Shown: piece by piece, positions 56,364 through 62,635 of the stretch
Layout: the number at the start of each line of letters is the position of its first letter
How positions within the stretch are numbered: the first letter of the stretch is position 1
Assembly (NCBI GenBank): GCA_964636885.1
Contig: CAZWVA010000001.1
Span: 52,228 to 114,862 of the forward strand
Source: an uncultured Spirochaetia bacterium
GTDB taxonomy: Bacteria; Desulfobacterota_D; UBA1144; Nemesobacterales; CSP1-2
DNA length: 62,635 bases
Direction of reading: 5' to 3'
The notes under the pieces: generated by a model
Databases searched by the model: none
Seen by the model: only the letters and a program-made list of their open reading frames with translations
Told to the model about the DNA's origin: nothing
Position numbers and translations under genes: made by a program

Positions 56364-57353
56364 ATGACCGAAGACCTGATTAGACGCCTAAAGAAGAAAC
56401 TCCTTAAAGATGAGGAGCCTCTTACCTTCGATGAGGCTTACAATCTCGCCCTTCTTCAAGGGGAATACCTCTTCGATCTTATCGGTCTTTCATACAGGGT
56501 AAAGGAGAAATACAATAAAAGAGGTGTATACCTCTGTAGCATTATAAGTGCCAAAACGGGTGCCTGTTCTGAGAACTGTGCCTTCTGCGCGCAATCCGCC
56601 CACAGTGAATCGCCAGTTTCTGCTCACCCGATGATGGATCCTCCGGAGATACTCAAGGTGGCAAGGGAGGCCGAAGGGTCCGGAGCCTCCGAGTTCTGTA
56701 TCGTAACAAGCGGAAGGGGACCCGATAAAAGGACTTTTAAAAGGGTTCTAGACGCCGTTTATCTGATACGTAGCCATACGGGTCTCAGCGTTGGGTGTTC
56801 CCTCGGTATCCTGACAGAAGAGCAGGCTAGGCTTCTTTTCAAGGCGGGGGTGAATCGCTATAACCATAACCTTGAAGCCTCGCGGAGCTTCTTTCCCAGT
56901 ATCTGCTCAACCCACACGTATGAGGAGCGTCTTAGAACCGCATATCTGGTTAAGGAGAACGGAATGGAGCTCTGTTGTGGCGGGATCTTCGGTATGGGAG
57001 AATCCCTAGAGCAAAGGATCGAACTGGCTTTTGAACTTCGGGAACTCAATCCGACCCTGGTTCCCATAAACTTTCTTAATCCGCGTCCCGGCACCGCCCT
57101 GGCTACGAGGCCTTTACTCACGCCTTTTGATGCCATAAGTATAGTCGCTCTCTTTAGGCTTATCCTTCCTAGGAGTATCCTCATATGCGCCGGAGGGAGA
57201 GAGGTGGTGCTTGGAAACCTCCAGCCCTTGGCCCTCCTTGCAGGAGCCAATGCCCTTATAGCGGGAAACTATCTCACAACCCCCGGACGCTTGCCAAAGG
57301 AGGATATTCAAATGATCGGGGATTTGGAATTGCCCGTTCTAAAGCACGGATAG
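56364..57353 (+). CDS. bioB: Biotin synthase
   Basis: SAKTGACSENCAFCAQS, YNHNLE, LCCGGIFGMGE, VPINFL, GNYLTTPG. Confidence 0.92.
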   Translation: MTEDLIRRLKKKLLKDEEPLTFDEAYNLALLQGEYLFDLIGLSYRVKEKYNKRGVYLCSIISAKTGACSENCAFCAQSAHSESPVSAHPMMDPPEILKVAREAEGSGASEFCIVTSGRGPDKRTFKRVLDAVYLIRSHTGLSVGCSLGILTEEQARLLFKAGVNRYNHNLEASRSFFPSICSTHTYEERLRTAYLVKENGMELCCGGIFGMGESLEQRIELAFELRELNPTLVPINFLNPRPGTALATRPLLTPFDAISIVALFRLILPRSILICAGGREVVLGNLQPLALLAGANALIAGNYLTTPGRLPKEDIQMIGDLELPVLKHG

Positions 57354-57394
57354 CTAACCAAGCGTGGGTCCGGGTTCTTTTGGAAAGAGTAGGT

Positions 57395-57880
57395 CTATAG
57401 CCGAATCTCCACCTTATACCCAAAGGCTACCCCGTTATCGATCAACCTGATCGTCTCTGGGATGACCTTAAAGAATCGAACATCTTCTATCCTCGACGAG
57501 AAACCGCTGTCTCCAAAGAAGAGCTTTACAAATGGATGTTTCTCCGAGTAGGCCTTTATCGCCTTGGGTAATTCCTCCTCAGGGACCCTGTATGCCTTTC
57601 CCTTTATCTGCAGTCCCTTAATCGTCCTCCATTCCGAGTGGTCTTTATTAATCGTAATGGCCACATTGGGGTTTCGAGATAGGTTTATAGAGTGGTCGGA
57701 TTTTGGGCTTGAGATGAAGTATATGGTAAGCCCGTCATTTGCGTAGAAAAGAGAGGCCGCAAAAGGGGTATCGTCCCTCGATGTTGCAAGGGTGATTGTG
57801 TTGTGTCTATTGAGGAGTTCCAAAATGGTTTCTCTTACGCATTCATGTGTGTTTTTATTCATCTCTTGCATGATGAGCAA
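57395..57880 (-). CDS. Pyridoxamine 5'-phosphate oxidase-like (split barrel) protein
   Basis: TITLAT, PFAASLFYA, SSPKSDH..NL..NP.VA.TI, IKGLQIKG. Confidence 0.8.
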   Translation of the reverse strand: MLIMQEMNKNTHECVRETILELLNRHNTITLATSRDDTPFAASLFYANDGLTIYFISSPKSDHSINLSRNPNVAITINKDHSEWRTIKGLQIKGKAYRVPEEELPKAIKAYSEKHPFVKLFFGDSGFSSRIEDVRFFKVIPETIRLIDNGVAFGYKVEIRL

Positions 57881-58302
57881 TAGCCGTAGAGTTCGACCTT
57901 ATGATTGGTAATCTCAAAGTCGTTAAGCCTTGCTACCTCTTTTGAATAACGCTCAATCCTCTCATCTTCAAACTCCGTTATCCTTCCACACCCAATGCAG
58001 ATAAGATGGTCGTGATGCTCTCCCTCGAACTTGACGGGTTCGTATCTGGTTCGTCCCTCGCCGAAATCCCTCTCAAAGGCCAGACCGCACTCCTTAAAGA
58101 GCTTTAGCGTCCTATAGATAGTGGTATATCCGATTTTGGGAGAGAGCCTTCTTACCCTTTCATAGAGCTCTTCTACCGTCATGTGGAGGCCGGGATAACT
58201 GAAGAACTCGTTAAAGATAATGCTCCTCTGCCTCGTGGATTTAAGGCGTTTTTTGGCTATGTATTCGTCGAATACCTTTTTCCTCTTATCTGTGGGCTTC
58301 AA
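57859..58302 (-). CDS. fur: Fur family transcriptional regulator
   Basis: LKSTRQR, TIYRTLKLF, HHDHLICIGCG, LYGYCSSC. Confidence 0.9.
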   Translation of the reverse strand: MKPTDKRKKVFDEYIAKKRLKSTRQRSIIFNEFFSYPGLHMTVEELYERVRRLSPKIGYTTIYRTLKLFKECGLAFERDFGEGRTRYEPVKFEGEHHDHLICIGCGRITEFEDERIERYSKEVARLNDFEITNHKVELYGYCSSCKR

Positions 58303-58318
58303 TGGTATTCTCTTTTAA

Positions 58319-58334
58319 AGCAAAGTTTGTGCCA
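58319..58334 (-). promoter_or_regulatory. sigma54 promoter of the Fur gene
   Basis: TGGCAC-AAACT-TTGCT. Confidence 0.75.
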
Positions 58335-58386
58335 TACGCGGCTCTTTATTCCCCCTAGGGTTCTCTTTTAGATCGAATACCGTGGG

Positions 58387-58411
58387 TGTCAGATTGTAAG
58401 ATTATCTGACA
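58387..58411. promoter_or_regulatory. Upstream activator-like palindrome, site 7
   Basis: TGTCAGAT then TGTAAGATTATCTGACA. Confidence 0.8.
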
Positions 58412-58523
58412 GAATTATGCTCATATAGAAGATGGGCATATTGGCTTCTCGAGTACAAAAGGGGCGATTCCTTTTCAGTTGTTTACTGGGATCTCCACTG
58501 CCGAATCGAAGGACAACCGTTAG

Positions 58524-58539
58524 TGGCACACAAATTGCT
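58524..58539 (+). promoter_or_regulatory. sigma54 promoter of the radical SAM gene
   Basis: TGGCAC-ACAAA-TTGCT. Confidence 0.8.
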
Positions 58540-58566
58540 GTTTTGAATGGCGAGGATTAGCCAAAA

Positions 58567-59679
58567 GTGACAAAGAGAGACAACCAGTTTGATTTCTCTC
58601 TCACTCCATTCATCGTGATCTGGGAGGTAACCCAGGCGTGTGATCTTGCCTGTATTCACTGTAGGGCAAAGGCAAGACCATGGCGGGACCCGCGTGAGCT
58701 TACAACGGAGGAGGGACGCCGCCTAATAGACGAGATAAAAGGGTTCGGGTCGCCCCTTTTTGTACTCACCGGGGGCGATCCTGTAAAGAGGGAAGACCTG
58801 TATGATCTAATCGACTATAGCGTTGGCAGAGGGCTTAGAACCACTGTTTCTCCAAGCGTAACCCCCCTCCTTACAAGGGAGGCGATTAGGAGATTCAAGG
58901 AATCCGGGGTATCAAGGGTTGCTATAAGCCTCGATGGTTCCCGTCCAGAGATCCACGATTCCTTTAGAGGTGTAATGGGGAGCTTCAGTTGGACTTTAAA
59001 GGCGATAGGGGACTGCGTTGAGGAGAGGATCCCTCTTCAGATAAACACAACCGTAACGAGGTATAACTTTAGGGATCTAGAGGATATTGCTTCACTTATT
59101 AAGGACTTCGACAATGTGGTTCTATGGAGCGTGTTTTTCCTCGTTCCCACTGGTAGAGGAAAGAAGGAGGATGAGATCTCCCCGGATGAATACGAGGCCG
59201 CCTTCCATAAGATGTACGAGTTATCAAAAACCATGCCTTACGACATAAAGTCCACAGAGGCCCCCCATTATAGAAGGCTATTCATACAGAGAACGCTTGC
59301 CGATTCGAGAAGCGCTACTCAACCCACTCCCGTGGACAAGGTGAAGGTTAAATGGACAGATCCCATAGGGAGGGCATCGAGAGGGATAAACGATGGAAAC
59401 GGATTCGTGTTTGTGTCACATACGGGGGAGGTCTTTCCGAGTGGTTTCCTTCCCATTTCTGCGGGTAATGTAAAGAAAAGGAGCATCGTGGATATATATA
59501 GGAACTCTCCACTCTTTAGGGAATTAAGGGATTATACGAGATTCAAGGGGAAGTGCGGGGTCTGCGAGTTTAAGCGTATCTGCGGGGGTTCGAGGGCAAG
59601 GGCGTTTGCCGTAACGGGCGACTATATGGAATCCGAACCGTATTGTGTTTACATACCCAGGAACTACAAAACGGAATAA
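58567..59679 (+). CDS. Radical SAM/SPASM protein (NirJ/AhbD-like, TIGR04053-type)
   Basis: IWEVTQACDLACIHCRA, TGGDP, SPASM KGKCGVCEFKRICGGSRARAFA..GD...SEPYC. Confidence 0.85.
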   Translation: MTKRDNQFDFSLTPFIVIWEVTQACDLACIHCRAKARPWRDPRELTTEEGRRLIDEIKGFGSPLFVLTGGDPVKREDLYDLIDYSVGRGLRTTVSPSVTPLLTREAIRRFKESGVSRVAISLDGSRPEIHDSFRGVMGSFSWTLKAIGDCVEERIPLQINTTVTRYNFRDLEDIASLIKDFDNVVLWSVFFLVPTGRGKKEDEISPDEYEAAFHKMYELSKTMPYDIKSTEAPHYRRLFIQRTLADSRSATQPTPVDKVKVKWTDPIGRASRGINDGNGFVFVSHTGEVFPSGFLPISAGNVKKRSIVDIYRNSPLFRELRDYTRFKGKCGVCEFKRICGGSRARAFAVTGDYMESEPYCVYIPRNYKTE

Positions 59680-59868
59680 TCTTAAGTACGGTGAGTTAAA
59701 CTAAGAAGTGAACTTATCTAACAATACTACACAATAGTACAATCGACTTAGTGGGTACGATTCCTAAAAGTCTAGCAACGGTTATAAACTGTCCTTAATT
59801 TGTTGTGAGGAAAAATTCGTTCAAGAAAGAAATCCATTGTCACTTGTTTTTTTCCCACGATTAGATAT

Positions 59869-59917
59869 TTGACATCCAGGAAATTAGTTCTAAAATATTA
59901 TAGAATTTTCTATAATA
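59869..59917 (+). promoter_or_regulatory. sigma70 promoter with ArsR-type inverted-repeat operator (59896-59917)
   Basis: TTGACA-16-TAAAAT; perfect 10-2-10 TATTATAGAA-TT-TTCTATAATA. Confidence 0.7.
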
Positions 59918-59929
59918 CTATATGACGGA

Positions 59930-60307
59930 TTGTTAATAAATGTGAAGGAGAAGAAAGTGGAAAATATAGAAAAGCGGATTTATGAATTACATGCCTCAAT
60001 GTGTAAGGTTTTTTCCAATCCAAAGAGATTGGAGATAATAAATATCCTTCGTGAGGGAGAGATGAACGTTGGCGAGCTTTCAAAGAAATTGGGCGTTTCT
60101 ATAGGAAATCTATCTCAGCATCTCAATATGATGAAGGAGCGTGGCATCTTGAACAGTAGGAAGGAAGGAAATGTCGTTTATTATAGGCTTGCCAACTCAA
60201 AGATGCTTAAAGCCTTTGATATCCTTCGGGAGATTCTTTTTGAGCGGATATCGAGGGAGGGAGCTTTAATTCGTGAGGCTAAAAATAATCTTGGAAGGAG
60301 GTTTTAG
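59930..60307 (+). CDS. ArsR/SmtB family regulator
   Basis: CKVFSNPKRLEIINIL, LSQHL..M...GIL..RKEG..VYYRL. Confidence 0.9.
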   Translation: MLINVKEKKVENIEKRIYELHASMCKVFSNPKRLEIINILREGEMNVGELSKKLGVSIGNLSQHLNMMKERGILNSRKEGNVVYYRLANSKMLKAFDILREILFERISREGALIREAKNNLGRRF

Positions 60308-60658
60308 ATGGGAACGGTGACTATAGTGCTAAACGATGCACCTTATGGAATTGAGAAAGCTTGGAATGCCTTAAGATTAGCCGCTGCCCTTCTGGTTTCT
60401 GAAGAAAAGGTCAACATCTTCCTTCTAGGTGATGCTGTCATTGCAGCTAAAGCGGGCCAGGAAACACCAAAGGGATATTACAACTTAGGAGAGATGATAA
60501 AGGATATTTTGTCAAAAGGTGGTATAGTTAAGGCTTGTGGGACATGCATAAAATCGAGGGGAATAAAAGCTGAAGAGCTGGTAGAAGGGGTTAATGTGGG
60601 AAGAATGTTAGAGCTGGCTAATTGGGTTAAGGAAAGCGACAAGGTTTTAACTTTTTAA
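60308..60658 (+). CDS. DsrE/YchN family sulfur-relay protein
   Basis: NDAPYG.E...NALRLA, FLLGDAV, ACGTC..SRG. Confidence 0.88.
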   Translation: MGTVTIVLNDAPYGIEKAWNALRLAAALLVSEEKVNIFLLGDAVIAAKAGQETPKGYYNLGEMIKDILSKGGIVKACGTCIKSRGIKAEELVEGVNVGRMLELANWVKESDKVLTF

Positions 60659-60775
60659 ATAGGTTTAAGGGCTTCCAAGGAGGTGCTGAATAGAGATACT
60701 CGTTAGCGTCATTGGGTTTCTCCGCTTTATGGCAACTCCATTATATATTGGTACTAAAAAATAAGGAGTGGAATC

Positions 60776-61921
60776 GTGGGTAAAAGGATCGTCGTCTTAG
60801 GTGGTGGAACAGGTGGGTTGGTTGTTGCAAATCGGTTGCGTAAGGCATTGACTAAGGATAATGATGTTATCCTTATAGATAAAGAGAAAAATCATCTTTT
60901 CTCTCCATCCTTGCTCTGGTTGATGGTTGGGTGGCGTGGGGAGGAGAAGATCCAAAAGCCTCTTTCCCTTTTGCAAAAGAAAGGAATCAGGTTTATCAAC
61001 GCCTTAGTACAAAAAATAGACTTCGAAAACAGAATAGTATTTACCTCTCAGGGAGATGTATCTTTTGACTATCTCGTTATTACTCTTGGAGCAAGCACTT
61101 TTCCAGAAAAAATTCCCAGTTTTTTAGAATCTGCTTACAACCTCTATGATTTAGAGGGTACCAAGAAAATACGAGAAAAAATAGCGAACTTTGATAAGGG
61201 TCGGCTCGTCGTCCTTATTACGTCCACACCGTTTAAGTGCCCCGCAGCACCTTACGAGGCAGCTTTAATTCTATCTGCATATTTTACCAAAAGGCGAAGA
61301 GATGTAGAAATAGAAGTATTTACTCCTGAACCATTACCAATGCCTGTTGCAGGTCCAGAGATTGGCAATATGGTGGTGTCTTTGCTTCAAAGCAGAGAGA
61401 TTCGCTTTACACCTCAGTATCAAGTGGTTAAGATAGACCCGGCTAAAAAAGAAGCTATTTTTCAAGACGAGAAAACACTCTCCTACGACCTTCTCATTGG
61501 TATTCCTCCCCATGGTTTACCTTCGGTTTTAAAAGATTCTCCCATATTAGGTGAAAGTGGGTGGGTAAAGGTAAATCCAAGAACACTTGAGACTGTGTTT
61601 GAAAACGTTTATGCGCTTGGTGATGTAACAGCGATTCCGCTTCCTGTCGGAAGACTACTTCCCAAGGCAGGGGTTTTTGCTCATTTCCAAGCCGAAGTGG
61701 TGGCACATAATATCGCGGCAAAAATAAATGGGATGTCTTCTAAGAAGGAATTTAATGGTAGAGGATACTGTTTTATCGAATTGGGAGATGGCAGAGCCGC
61801 GTATGCCAGCGGGAACTTTTATGCCGAGCCAAGACCCGTGGTGGATGTGAAAAAACCATCAGTGCTATGGCACTGGGGAAAGGTTCTATTTGAAAAGTGG
61901 TGGCTCTGGAGATGGTTTTAA
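60776..61921 (+). CDS. Sulfide:quinone oxidoreductase-like flavoprotein
   Basis: LGGGTGG Rossmann fold, FKCPAAPYE, ALGDV, PKAG, GYCFIELG. Confidence 0.75.
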   Translation: MGKRIVVLGGGTGGLVVANRLRKALTKDNDVILIDKEKNHLFSPSLLWLMVGWRGEEKIQKPLSLLQKKGIRFINALVQKIDFENRIVFTSQGDVSFDYLVITLGASTFPEKIPSFLESAYNLYDLEGTKKIREKIANFDKGRLVVLITSTPFKCPAAPYEAALILSAYFTKRRRDVEIEVFTPEPLPMPVAGPEIGNMVVSLLQSREIRFTPQYQVVKIDPAKKEAIFQDEKTLSYDLLIGIPPHGLPSVLKDSPILGESGWVKVNPRTLETVFENVYALGDVTAIPLPVGRLLPKAGVFAHFQAEVVAHNIAAKINGMSSKKEFNGRGYCFIELGDGRAAYASGNFYAEPRPVVDVKKPSVLWHWGKVLFEKWWLWRWF

Positions 61922-61963
61922 AATATGATAATTGGATGAAAATATCCAAATCTTTTACAGGGA

Positions 61964-62080
61964 TTGCAAGTGGCAAAGAGGGTTCTTAGACCGTATGGGT
62001 ACATGATTATTGGAATGATTGATAGAGAAAGTCCTCCGGGCAAGGTTTATGAATCCAGAAAGAATACCAGCAGATTGATT
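61964..62080 (+). pseudogene. C-terminal fragment of a class I SAM-dependent methyltransferase
   Basis: AKRVLRPYGYMIIGMIDRES..GK.YE; N-terminal motif I absent. Confidence 0.45.
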
Positions 62081-62090
62081 CTACAAACCT

Positions 62091-62168
62091 GTCACCCTGA
62101 ACCCTTCGTCTCACTCAAAGGTAAATTCCGCAAAGGGTCTCTTTATGAGATTCTTCACTTCGAATGAC
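62091..62168. repeat. REP-like palindromic element (GTCA.CCTGA...GAGATTCTTC...GAATGAC type)
   Basis: GTCA/TGAC ends and internal GAGATTCTTC arm. Confidence 0.5.
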
Positions 62169-62248
62169 ATGAGAAGGGTGTCTATGTTAGTAAACGTAAT
62201 TGTAGGCCGCTCTATTATATCGCGAGGCTTAGCAAGTACTTAGTCTTC

Positions 62249-62635
62249 CTAACTCATGTGTCTTATAGCTCTCTTCTTATACTCATAGTAAAGAACGGGC
62301 ACCATCGTTCTTGAGAGAAGAGTAGCGGCTACCTCTCCAGCCATGAGAGATATAGCCATACCCTGAAATATCGGGTCGAAAAGGATAACCGATGAGCCTA
62401 CGACCACTGCAGAAGCCGTAAGTAGCATGGGTCTAAACCTTATCACCCCAGCATCGATAACGGCTTCTTTTAGGGGTCTTCCTTCTGAGAGTTTTAGTTC
62501 TATAAAGTCTACAAGTATAATTGAGTTCCTTACCACTATTCCCGCTCCGGCGATGAATCCGATCATTGAAGTTGCCGTGAAAAAGGCTCCGAGGAGGGCG
62601 TGTCCGGGAAGGATCCCTATAAGGGATAGCGGAAT
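62249..62635 (-). CDS. 3' end of an AcrB/CzcA-family RND permease (continues beyond the window)
   Basis: [34 protein letters not shown]. Confidence 0.85.
   Translation of the reverse strand: MPLSLIGILPGHALLGAFFTATSMIGFIAGAGIVVRNSIILVDFIELKLSEGRPLKEAVIDAGVIRFRPMLLTASAVVVGSSVILFDPIFQGMAISLMAGEVAATLLSRTMVPVLYYEYKKRAIRHMS

Noticed and set aside
28000-59700. FNR/DNR boxes (TTGAT-N4-ATCAA) as regulators of the island
   Set aside because: No convincing full site seen in the intergenic regions; sigma54 plus the TGTMAGA motif explains the layout
1-62635. CRISPR arrays, tRNA/rRNA genes, intact IS or prophage
   Set aside because: No regularly spaced repeats, cloverleaf or rRNA signatures, transposase or phage genes seen

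Overview
Bacterial genomic window. I recognised no rRNA, tRNA, CRISPR array or intact mobile element. The gene style suggests a Desulfobacterota/Dadabacteria-like organism, but this is an unverified impression. The left part (1-28 kb) is housekeeping and transport under sigma70-type promoters. It holds speD, trxA, a K+-independent H+-PPase (hppA) behind a ~200-nt structured leader, a TetR-controlled efflux cluster (TolC, MacAB-like, MFS, MdtABC-like RND), fumC and several gene relics. The right part (28-59.7 kb) is a low-O2/N-oxide respiration island: a PTS-EIIA-fused Na/K-type P-ATPase, a cbb3 plus ba3 oxidase operon, a clade II nos cluster, a nirK relic, NnrS-like genes, a siroheme nitrite/sulfite reductase, bioB, Fur and a NirJ/AhbD-like radical SAM gene. 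The main discovery is regulatory. Eleven sigma54 (-24/-12) promoters and seven copies of a 17-bp palindrome (TGTMAGA-WWW-TCTKACA, each with an extra flanking heptamer) wire the island into one enhancer-dependent regulon, and a TetR operator sits beside the nos enhancer. Two respiratory accessory genes (ccoQ, nosL) have no canonical start codon and appear to start at ATC and ATT. The window ends with an AT-richer ArsR-DsrE-SQR module and a truncated RND gene.
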